Shown: positions 44,758 to 52,850 of the stretch, in pieces
Layout of the letters: each line of letters starts with the position of its first letter
Position numbering within the stretch: position 1 is the first letter of the stretch
Assembly (NCBI GenBank): GCA_030917065.1
Contig: JAUPVL010000033.1
Coordinates: 1-52,850, forward strand
Direction of reading: 5' to 3'
Source of the DNA: Patescibacteria group bacterium
GTDB taxonomy: Bacteria; Patescibacteriota; Saccharimonadia; CAILAD01; BJGX01
DNA length: 52,850 nucleotides
Notes under the pieces: model-generated
What the model was told of the DNA's origin: nothing
The model's input: the letters and a program-made list of their open reading frames with translations, nothing else
Databases searched by the model: none
Made by a program: the position numbers and the translations under genes

Positions 44758-44793
44758 CTCAAATACCAGTATTTGAATTAAGGAGGTGAACAC

Positions 44794-47277
44794 ATGAAGC
44801 CAGAGGGATTCCCAGACGTTTTTGACAGATTTACGCAAAATGCAAAACAGACTTTGCAATACAGTGGACAGTTAGCTATACAGATGGGAGCTGCCTATGT
44901 GGGTACTGAACATTTGCTGTTGGGTATTTTAAAATCTCCAGGATCATTGGGTGCTAAGCTTCTAAAAGAGAGCGGGGTAACTCTAGATAAAATCAACCCT
45001 AGTCTCATATCTGCCACTGGTGCAATAGTCGAGCCTAATAGCCCCCAGATGATTGATCTTTCCGAAACCGCCAAAAAAACTATTACGCTTGCATTGAGGG
45101 TAGCACAAGAGTTTGGCCAGACCTACGCAGGCACAGAACATATCTTATTTGCAATTCTCAATCAAAAGAACTCTAGAGCTCAAACTATTTTAGCTGAAAT
45201 CAAGGTGGATCCAGTCAAGCTGAGATCTGATGTGGAGAGTTTCTTACAAAACCAACCACATTCATTTGAACAGCCTTCAGTAACCAAAGAAGACAATGGA
45301 GCCAACAGTAAGACACCAGCACTTGATCACTTCAGTATTGATCTGACCCAAAAGGCCAAAGAAGAGAAGCTAGATCCTATGGTTGGGCGCAGAGCTCAGC
45401 TTGATAGGATGATATCCATACTCAACAGAAGATCCAAAAACAACCCCGTACTGATAGGTGAGCCGGGAGTGGGAAAAACTGCAATAGTAGAAGGACTGGC
45501 CCAAAGAATCGTAGAAGAAGAAGTCCCAGATCTTTTGGTTGGTAAGCGGATAATGATGTTAGACATGGCATCAGTGATTGCGGGTACAAAATTTCGTGGT
45601 GAATTTGAAGAGAGACTCAAAAAAGTACTCGATGAAGCCAAGGAATCTGATGACGTTATATTGTTCATAGACGAATTGCACAATGTAGTCGGAGCTGGAT
45701 CTGCAGAAGGAGCTATAGATGCTGCCAATATCTTAAAGCCTGCCCTCGCGCGTGGTGAAGTGCAGACTATAGGCGCCACAACCATTGAGGAGTATCGTAA
45801 GTATATAGAGAAGGACTCGGCGTTAGAACGTAGATTTCAACCAGTTCAAGTGCCAGAATCTACAATTGATGAAACTATCGAGATACTTAAAGGTCTAAGG
45901 CCTCACTATGAGAAATTTCACAATGTTGAGATTTCTGACGAAGCCTTAGAACAAGCTGCCAAACTGGCCAAGAGATATATTTCTGACAGATTTATGCCCG
46001 ACAAGGCAATAGATCTCATTGATGAATCTTCCGCTCAAGCCCGTATCAACCGAGGTGGGATGGGCAAAAAACAACGACAATTGGAAAAGAAACTCAATGA
46101 CCTCAACAACTCTATTGAAGACTCTGTGTACAACCAAGACTTTGAATACGCTGCAAAACTCAAATCAGAGGTTTCGGTCCTGGAGCAAAAACTAAAAGCC
46201 CAACTAAAAAAAGACGACAAGAAGACTGCTGTCTCTGTGACTGCTGAAGATATTGCTATGGTAGTGGCACAGACTACCGGCATACCTATCACTAAACTCA
46301 TCAAGTTCGAAACAGAAGCGCTCAAACGACTTGAACAGAGTCTTAAGGCCAAAGTAATAGGTCAAGACGAAGCTGTTGAGGCTGTAGCGAGAGCCGTGCG
46401 CCGTAGTCGTACCGGTATCGCTGAAGAGAATAGGCCGATTGGCTCGTTTATATTCTTGGGCCCTACTGGAGTTGGTAAGACTGAGCTGGCACGGGTACTC
46501 GCGGAAGAATTATTCCAAGACAAAGATGCCATGATCAAGGTAGACATGAGTGAATTTATGGAGAAACACAATACTGCAAGATTAGTGGGTGCACCGGCTG
46601 GATATGTCGGCTATGACGATGGCGGACAGCTTACAGAAAAGATTCGACGAAGACCATATAGTCTGATACTTTTTGATGAAATCGAAAAAGCTCATCCTGA
46701 GGTATTCAATATATTGCTACAAATACTAGAGGATGGTGTGCTGACTGACGCCAAGGGTCGCAAAGTAGATTTCCGTAATACTATGATTATTATGACTAGT
46801 AATGTTGGAGCGAGACAATTGCACGAAGAAGCTGAAATAGGTTTTGCAACTATTACTCAAAAAGACGAAGATAGACTTGAGAAGGTTCATGACAAGATGA
46901 AGTCTACAGTCAAAAAAGAACTTAAGAAGAGTTTTCGTCCAGAGTTTTTGAATCGCATTGATCACGTAGTGGTATTTAGAGCACTCAGTCAAAAAAGCAT
47001 TTCTCAAATCATCAACCTTCAGCTGGCTGACCTTGCCCGTAGACTCGAGGCCAAAGAGGTGATATTGAGATTTTCCAAATCAGTTAGTGGTATGCTCTTA
47101 AAAGAAGGCTATGACGCAGATAATGGAGCCAGACCTATGCGCAGAGCCATACAGCGACTCATAGAGGACCCGCTCGCCACTCAAATGATCGACGGGAGTA
47201 TCAAGCCAGGCGATACGGTCAAAGTAAGCGTAGACAAAGACGATAAGGTAGAGCTAAAAGTTGCGCTTGGTGTATAG
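44794..47277 (+). CDS. clpC: ATP-dependent Clp protease ATP-binding subunit ClpC
   Basis: An AAGGAGG SD precedes the start. The protein has Clp_N repeats, two AAA+ modules (GEPGVGKTA and GPTGVGKTE), a UVR motif ([16 protein letters not shown]) in the middle domain and a C-terminal ClpB_D2-small domain. Confidence 0.9.
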   Translation: MKPEGFPDVFDRFTQNAKQTLQYSGQLAIQMGAAYVGTEHLLLGILKSPGSLGAKLLKESGVTLDKINPSLISATGAIVEPNSPQMIDLSETAKKTITLALRVAQEFGQTYAGTEHILFAILNQKNSRAQTILAEIKVDPVKLRSDVESFLQNQPHSFEQPSVTKEDNGANSKTPALDHFSIDLTQKAKEEKLDPMVGRRAQLDRMISILNRRSKNNPVLIGEPGVGKTAIVEGLAQRIVEEEVPDLLVGKRIMMLDMASVIAGTKFRGEFEERLKKVLDEAKESDDVILFIDELHNVVGAGSAEGAIDAANILKPALARGEVQTIGATTIEEYRKYIEKDSALERRFQPVQVPESTIDETIEILKGLRPHYEKFHNVEISDEALEQAAKLAKRYISDRFMPDKAIDLIDESSAQARINRGGMGKKQRQLEKKLNDLNNSIEDSVYNQDFEYAAKLKSEVSVLEQKLKAQLKKDDKKTAVSVTAEDIAMVVAQTTGIPITKLIKFETEALKRLEQSLKAKVIGQDEAVEAVARAVRRSRTGIAEENRPIGSFIFLGPTGVGKTELARVLAEELFQDKDAMIKVDMSEFMEKHNTARLVGAPAGYVGYDDGGQLTEKIRRRPYSLILFDEIEKAHPEVFNILLQILEDGVLTDAKGRKVDFRNTMIIMTSNVGARQLHEEAEIGFATITQKDEDRLEKVHDKMKSTVKKELKKSFRPEFLNRIDHVVVFRALSQKSISQIINLQLADLARRLEAKEVILRFSKSVSGMLLKEGYDADNGARPMRRAIQRLIEDPLATQMIDGSIKPGDTVKVSVDKDDKVELKVALGV

Positions 47278-47295
47278 GCACTCTATAATGTAGAC

Positions 47296-47826
47296 ATGAG
47301 TGAACCAACACCAATTGGCAATGAAGATGAGCCGAATGAGTCAGCATTGGCACTGCAGATTAATAGACTTTGTAGTGAACTTAAAGGACCTGATTCGATA
47401 AATAGAGCAAACGAAGCAGACGGGTATGCAACACCAAGCGATAGGGTTCTGCCAAAAGTTGGTTTACCTGTTGAACTCCAAGCTAAGTTTGGCAAAAATG
47501 TTAAAACAGTCATTAGTGGAGACACGATCGAAGGCTATAAAGTAGAATTAAGTGGTAAAAAAATTGATGGTATAATAGCTTATATTATATCTAGCGGCTA
47601 TCCATTAGAGAACACTCCAACACTCCATAAAAGAAGATATGCATCGATACAAGAGGGCGACGGAAAACTAAGGCGAGGCGTAAAACTCTTTGATGTAGAC
47701 ACTGGCAAGCAACCTAATCCAGCGGGCAAAGAACTAGTAGTAGAAGAAGATCTTGTTGAACTAAAAAAAATTCTAGAATCAGCCAAAGAAAAATATGGTT
47801 CAGGTGAAGACACGGTCATTTGGTAG
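47296..47826 (+). CDS. hypothetical protein, MSEP-N-terminal family member 3
   Basis: The N-terminus MSEPTPIGNEDEP is encoded by ATGAGTGAACCAACACC, nearly identical at the DNA level to the start of 3947..4699. TATAAT lies 6 nt upstream of the ATG. The gene lies between clpC and radA. Confidence 0.6.
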   Translation: MSEPTPIGNEDEPNESALALQINRLCSELKGPDSINRANEADGYATPSDRVLPKVGLPVELQAKFGKNVKTVISGDTIEGYKVELSGKKIDGIIAYIISSGYPLENTPTLHKRRYASIQEGDGKLRRGVKLFDVDTGKQPNPAGKELVVEEDLVELKKILESAKEKYGSGEDTVIW

Positions 47827-47895
47827 ACAGAAAGTTACTATACTTTACTCTCTAGTACTTTCGCTTTGTGTTCGTTTTTGATATAATAATTACAA

Positions 47896-49239
47896 ATGGC
47901 AAAACCAACATCACAATTTGTGTGTCAAAACTGTGGAGCAACATTTGCGAAATGGAACGGTAAGTGTATGCAATGCGGCGCATGGGATAGCTTGGTGGAG
48001 TCTGTATCTCAGACTGAAATGGTGGGCAACAAGGTAGGCAAGATACCATCAGCTGTCAAGGTAGAGTCACTATCTAGTATCAAATCCAATCAAACTCCAC
48101 GGATACCCACCGGCAATTCGGAGATAGATACTGTGTTGGGCGGAGGGATAGTCCCCGGCAGTCTCATACTACTTGCTGGTGATCCTGGCATAGGTAAGAG
48201 TACCTTAGTGCTTCAGCTGGCTGCTGATGTTTCAAAGAACGATAAAAAAGTACTATATGTGAGCGGAGAAGAGTCGGCTAGTCAGATCAAGCTTCGTGCA
48301 GAGAGGATCAAGGGTCTCAGTGAGACGTTTGATTTTTTGTCTTCGACTGATCTTGACCAGGTGCTTGCACAGACATTTACTAAGGCCTACGATCTGATCA
48401 TTGTAGACTCCATACAGACAATGGCGAGTGCCAATATAGCCTCGGCAGCCGGCACGGTCAGTCAGATAACTAATGGCGCCAATGCACTCATGCAGTCAGC
48501 CAAAAGCACCAACACAGCATTTATACTAATAGGGCACGTTACCAAAGAAGGTAACTTGGCAGGGCCTAGGCTGCTGGAACATCTAGTAGATACTGTATTG
48601 CACCTAGAAGGTGAGAAATTTGGTGCAGTTAAGTTTTTGCGGTCTATCAAAAATCGTTTTGGTTCTACCAATGAAGTAGGTGTGTTTGAAATGAGTGACA
48701 CAGGCCTATTGCCTCTCATTAATCCCAGTGGAGTATTGCTAGAGGAAAGGTCCGATAGCCCGGGTAGTGCAATATTTGCAACCATGGAAGGCACGCGACC
48801 GATACTGGTAGAAGTGCAGGCACTCGTGAGCCCAAGTGTGTATGGATATCCCAAACGTACCGCAGTAGGGGTAGATCTGAACCGCCTGGGTCTGCTATGC
48901 GCAGTCATGACTAAACGCGGAGGTATCAATTTGAGCTCCTCGGATGTATATGTTAATATTGTGGGTGGATTGAAGATTTCCGAACCAGCTCTTGACCTTG
49001 CAATTATTTTGGCAATAGCCTCAGCAAATAAAAACATTAGTATTAATTCATCATATGTTGTTTTTGGAGAAGTTGGTCTTTCGGGTGAGATTCGATCCGT
49101 CAATAGTTCTGATCGCAGGCTCAAGGAAGCTACCAAGCTTGGCTACAAAAAAGCAATAGTTCCTAGCGGACTCAATGGATCTGGTCTATTTTGTCCCAAG
49201 ACCATCAGGCAGGCTATTGAATTTATTACCAAAAAATAA
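47896..49239 (+). CDS. radA: DNA repair protein RadA (Sms)
   Basis: It has an N-terminal zinc finger (CQNCG...CMQCG), Walker A (GDPGIGKST), a KNRFG motif and a Lon-protease-like C-terminal domain. Confidence 0.92.
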   Translation: MAKPTSQFVCQNCGATFAKWNGKCMQCGAWDSLVESVSQTEMVGNKVGKIPSAVKVESLSSIKSNQTPRIPTGNSEIDTVLGGGIVPGSLILLAGDPGIGKSTLVLQLAADVSKNDKKVLYVSGEESASQIKLRAERIKGLSETFDFLSSTDLDQVLAQTFTKAYDLIIVDSIQTMASANIASAAGTVSQITNGANALMQSAKSTNTAFILIGHVTKEGNLAGPRLLEHLVDTVLHLEGEKFGAVKFLRSIKNRFGSTNEVGVFEMSDTGLLPLINPSGVLLEERSDSPGSAIFATMEGTRPILVEVQALVSPSVYGYPKRTAVGVDLNRLGLLCAVMTKRGGINLSSSDVYVNIVGGLKISEPALDLAIILAIASANKNISINSSYVVFGEVGLSGEIRSVNSSDRRLKEATKLGYKKAIVPSGLNGSGLFCPKTIRQAIEFITKK

Positions 49240-49253
49240 TCTGAAAGGAAAAA

Positions 49254-50042
49254 ATGTATATATTTATAATTGCCGCCTTGGCACTTGCAGTTTTGATACT
49301 ATCAATTGCAATGTATTTACTCACCAAAAAAACCAACCCTAAGTCAACTGGATCAGATGCTATCAAGTCAGCTAGTGTTGATCATTCTCAGATACTCGTA
49401 GACACGTCAGCAATCATCGACGGCAGAATAGCAGACATCGCAAAGACTGGTTTTGTACCTGGTAAGTTGCTAGTGCCTAGATTCGTACTCGCTGAGCTAC
49501 AAAACATCGCTGATTCCGAAGAGCCAATGCGACGTAGTCGTGGTAGAAGAGGACTAGAAATGCTCAACCTTATACGCGAGAATCCTAGTGTAGAGCTAGA
49601 TATCGTAGAAGATAATCCTGAGGATGTAGCGGAAGTAGATCACAAGCTTGTACATCTCGCTAGAGAGTACAACTGTGATATCTTGACTACAGACTATAAC
49701 CTCAATCGTGTAGCTACTATAGAGCAAGTCAAGGTACTCAATATCAACGAGCTAGCCAACTCTATACGTGCAGTAGTATTACCAGCCGAAGAGATGCGAG
49801 TAAAGGTAGTACAAAAAGGCAAGGAGAAAAATCAAGGCTTAGCTTATCTTGAAGACGGCACAATGATAGTTGTAGAAAATGGCGATAAGCTGATAGGTAA
49901 AGAAATAGATGTCGAAGTCACTAGAATATTTCAAACTGTTGCAGGCAAGATGATATTTGCAGCTCAAAAAGGCCATGCCAGAAAAACCAGCTCCAATAGA
50001 TCAAATAACAATCACAATAGTAGAAGAACTAACAAGTCTTAA
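49254..50042 (+). CDS. PIN/TRAM domain protein (YacL-like)
   Basis: An N-terminal TM helix is followed by a PIN domain ([13 protein letters not shown]...[12 protein letters not shown]) and a TRAM domain ([34 protein letters not shown]). It follows radA, as in the Firmicute clpC-radA-...-yacL order. Confidence 0.8.
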   Translation: MYIFIIAALALAVLILSIAMYLLTKKTNPKSTGSDAIKSASVDHSQILVDTSAIIDGRIADIAKTGFVPGKLLVPRFVLAELQNIADSEEPMRRSRGRRGLEMLNLIRENPSVELDIVEDNPEDVAEVDHKLVHLAREYNCDILTTDYNLNRVATIEQVKVLNINELANSIRAVVLPAEEMRVKVVQKGKEKNQGLAYLEDGTMIVVENGDKLIGKEIDVEVTRIFQTVAGKMIFAAQKGHARKTSSNRSNNNHNSRRTNKS

Positions 50043-52850
50043 GGGTATATATTTGAGCCACCGTCTACTCGAACATAGATGTTAGACCCAGCTCCATTCA
50101 CGCCATTCCAAGATGAAGAACCAGGCCAGCTAGAGCTGTTCCAGCCATAAGGCGACGTAGAATCTGAAGCAGTACCTGCTCCTGGGCCTGTATTATATAA
50201 AATCGCTGTTCCAGATGTTACGCCCGTAAGGCTACATGATTTTGGTACACTACAACTTAATGCTGGAGACCCTGATCCACCGCCAGTTGCATTTACAGAT
50301 ACCGAATTACTCTGAGCATTATAAAGACCGCTATCATATACCTTGGCGAAGTAGCCATGCACGCCTGTTCCTGGAGTATCATTGATAGTTATGGTTCCTC
50401 CAGCGCCCACAGCTTGAGAACTGATAACTCCGCCATCGCGATAGAAGTCCACGCGATTTAGAGGGAATTTACCGCCAACTATATTGGCTGTCACACTGAC
50501 GGTGCCAGCTCCAGTTGCTGTCGCTGAGATACTGATTGACGGAAGAGTGTCGCCACATTGATGCACATCGTCTTTGTCTGTAGGTATTGATCCACCCGAA
50601 CTATAACCAAGGCTTCTAGCAAGCGCCGCTACTGGTGGGTTCCATCTATTGAAAGATGGGTCGGTGGTAGGTATTTCTGCTGTCATAGACCCACCCGTAA
50701 CCTCTTGCTTGGCATCTGCAGGCGTACACTCTGTGGCGAGCTTACCACTCACCTTATCGATAGTGCCTTTTTGTGAGGCATCTGCTTTGGTAAGAGAATA
50801 CCAAGATGGGAATATGTCGGTGCGGGTTTGTTTGGTAATCTCTGTTGGAGTCTTGCCAGTATTGGCATCTAGTGTTATTTTCTTAAGACCTTGGGCTTGT
50901 GTGAATTGTTCTACAGGCGTGCCTTCTAGGGCTGTTTTCATAAATTTGTTCCATATAGGTGCAGACACAATACTCGCGGCTTGTGTCATTGGTTTGTTGT
51001 CATTATTACCTGCCCAAACGGTAGTAGTTATTGAAGGGGTATAACCTACTGTCCATGCGTCTTTGTAATCTTCGGTAGTACCGGTTTTGGCCGCTACAGG
51101 TCTAGATCCAAGTGTCAGAGGGTTGTTACAAGAGAATGCACCCAGGCTACATCGAGCAGTATTGTCAGATAGTATACTAGTAATTTGGGAGGCAATTTGG
51201 GGGTCTAGTACTTGTTTGGGTTTATTCTTCTCGTCGTTGTTTTCATCTACAACTTTTCCTGATGGATCGGTTACTTTGAGCCAATATACTTGGTCGTGCT
51301 TTTGTCCATTATCGGCGAGTGTAGAAAAGGCGTTGGCCATATCTACCATCTTGACTTCTCCAGATCCTAGCGCCAAACTCAACCCATATTCATCAGAACT
51401 GCGATCAAAAGTAGTAATTCCCATATCTTTGGCTGTACCAATAAATTCGTCTACACCACCAATGTATAGCGCTTTGACGGCAGGTATGTTGAGTGAGCTA
51501 GCAAGTGAAGATCTGGCAGATTGCACGCCGTAGAATCGACGTGTGTAGTTTTGTGGCTTGTATCCACCACCGAAGTCTGTTTGTACATCATAGAAAGTAC
51601 TACCAGCACCCCAGTTTTTCTTAAACAGATTGGAGTATACCAATGGCTTGATAGATGATCCTGGCTGTCTACGAGCCACCGCTACATTGTAAGAGCCAAA
51701 CTCTGCGTTGTTATAGTCATAGCTACCAACCATCGCAAGTACTTGTCCGTTCTTAGGGTCTGCAGCCGTCAAGGCAGCATTGCTACCACCGTTGGCACGC
51801 ACGCTATCTATATTGGATGCAACAGCATCTTCAGCTAGTTTTTGTTTGTCATAGTCTAGCGAGGTAATGACTTTGAGGCCACCTTCGTTGACTCGCTTGA
51901 TACCAAATTTATCTTCCAAAAGTTCTCGTGTATATTGTACGAAATGAGGTGCCGTGACATTTGCGTATGGGTTGTATGGCTTGAGCTGTGCCAATACGTC
52001 CACTTGCTTGGCTTCTTTGGCTTGATCTTCGGTAATGTATTTTTGTTCCAACATCAAATCCAGTACCTTATCCTTCTTGGTAAGTAGTGCTTCTTTGTGT
52101 GTCCCGTAGGGTGAATAATAGGTAGGTGCTTGCGGCAAGCTAGCCAGCATCGCACATTGAGATAGATTGAGGTCTTTGGCATCTACACCGAAATATTGTT
52201 TAGATGCAGCTTGTATACCATAGGCGGTGGAACCATACGGTATTTCGTTGAGATAGAGCTTCAAGATATCATCTTTTTTGTATAGCTGCTCTATCTCGAT
52301 AGCCAAGATAAGTTCTTTGATCTTTCGAGCGTAGCTACGTTCGCTCGTCAAAAGAGCATTCTTGACGTATTGCTGTGTGATAGTGCTACCGCCACCACGA
52401 CTATTATCTCTAAACAAAATGCCGGAGAATGCTCTCGCCAACCCCTTTGGGCTAAAAGCCCCTTGTTTGTAGAAATCTTTATCTTCGAGGGCGACTGTTG
52501 CATCTTTGATGCATTGCGGCATTTGATTGAATTCTATCAGGCTACGATTTTTGTCACCATATATCTCTACTAGTAAATGCTCTCCTGTACGGTCATATAG
52601 CTTGGTGGTTTGTGCGCTAGTAAGAGCATTTATCTTGTTGGGGCTAGGCAGGTCCTTTGCAAACCAAGCAAATACAGCAGCCACCGCAAGAATACCACTC
52701 AGTGCACCAATAGCATAAAGTTTGAGTGCTTTCTTGCTACTAATAATCTTCCATACGTGATCAGGGGCAAATTTCTTGATACCTTTGGCCTTTGGTACTG
52801 CAGGAGTAACAATCCAACTCCAAAAATTACCTTTCTTGGTTGCTTTATTC
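50039..52850 (-). CDS. class A penicillin-binding protein (transglycosylase/transpeptidase), 5' end beyond the window
   Basis: The GT51 motifs read [15 protein letters not shown] and [12 protein letters not shown]. The transpeptidase motifs read SSIKP, SLN and KTGTT. A Gly/Ser/Thr-rich C-terminal extension of ~240 aa follows. The frame stays open upstream of the GTG at 52684 all the way to the window edge and encodes the TM helix there, so the gene is partial. Confidence 0.88.
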   Translation of the reverse strand, partial: NKATKKGNFWSWIVTPAVPKAKGIKKFAPDHVWKIISSKKALKLYAIGALSGILAVAAVFAWFAKDLPSPNKINALTSAQTTKLYDRTGEHLLVEIYGDKNRSLIEFNQMPQCIKDATVALEDKDFYKQGAFSPKGLARAFSGILFRDNSRGGGSTITQQYVKNALLTSERSYARKIKELILAIEIEQLYKKDDILKLYLNEIPYGSTAYGIQAASKQYFGVDAKDLNLSQCAMLASLPQAPTYYSPYGTHKEALLTKKDKVLDLMLEQKYITEDQAKEAKQVDVLAQLKPYNPYANVTAPHFVQYTRELLEDKFGIKRVNEGGLKVITSLDYDKQKLAEDAVASNIDSVRANGGSNAALTAADPKNGQVLAMVGSYDYNNAEFGSYNVAVARRQPGSSIKPLVYSNLFKKNWGAGSTFYDVQTDFGGGYKPQNYTRRFYGVQSARSSLASSLNIPAVKALYIGGVDEFIGTAKDMGITTFDRSSDEYGLSLALGSGEVKMVDMANAFSTLADNGQKHDQVYWLKVTDPSGKVVDENNDEKNKPKQVLDPQIASQITSILSDNTARCSLGAFSCNNPLTLGSRPVAAKTGTTEDYKDAWTVGYTPSITTTVWAGNNDNKPMTQAASIVSAPIWNKFMKTALEGTPVEQFTQAQGLKKITLDANTGKTPTEITKQTRTDIFPSWYSLTKADASQKGTIDKVSGKLATECTPADAKQEVTGGSMTAEIPTTDPSFNRWNPPVAALARSLGYSSGGSIPTDKDDVHQCGDTLPSISISATATGAGTVSVTANIVGGKFPLNRVDFYRDGGVISSQAVGAGGTITINDTPGTGVHGYFAKVYDSGLYNAQSNSVSVNATGGGSGSPALSCSVPKSCSLTGVTSGTAILYNTGPGAGTASDSTSPYGWNSSSWPGSSSWNGVNGAGSNIYVRVDGGSNIYP

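Overview
The window looks like a slice of a small, low-GC, gene-dense bacterial chromosome. The compact or tailed housekeeping proteins and many short unknown membrane proteins suggest Patescibacteria/CPR, possibly Saccharibacteria-like, but that placement is inferred from gene content only. The standard genetic code fits, since TGA is used as a stop.

**Core genes**
- trxB and a glutaredoxin-like gene.
- A clustered uvrB-uvrA-uvrC locus.
- secG, an orphan family-5 solute-binding protein, an Rpf-like wall hydrolase, a FAD oxidoreductase and folD.
- lemA-htpX, ligA and gatCAB.
- An MscS-like channel and a YtxH-type stress trio.
- dnaE, rplS, yraN, nusA, then clpC-radA-PIN/TRAM.
- A class A PBP that runs off the right edge.
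- Seven tRNA genes, plus one tRNA-Leu 5'-half remnant.

**Accessory tract (about 16.8-25.7 kb, bracketed by tRNA-Val and tRNA-Gly)**
1. A winged-helix-like protein with a GGCT/GGACT-like gene and a transglutaminase-like gene. The last two sit behind a duplicated promoter-leader cassette.
2. A roughly 6.2 kb integrative element:
   - It encodes a large serine recombinase whose stop codon lies inside tRNA-Gly.
   - It also encodes a gene II/X-like Rep candidate and a SpoVG-like protein.
   - It carries a tightly overlapped cargo operon of HTH, Erm-type 23S rRNA methyltransferase, GNAT and P-loop kinase.

**Other notable signals**
- A three-member family with a shared MSEP(T/I)P N-terminal module, inserted into DNA-repair operons.
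- A membrane-anchored HEPN/DUF4145-like gene coupled between gatA and gatB.
- A dnaE whose conserved N-terminus lies upstream of any canonical start codon.
- A tRNA-Gly with an apparent U19:A56 elbow swap.
- Recurrent leaderless-type promoter/ATG spacing.

No CRISPR array and no rRNA were seen. All family calls come from reading motifs by eye, without any database search.
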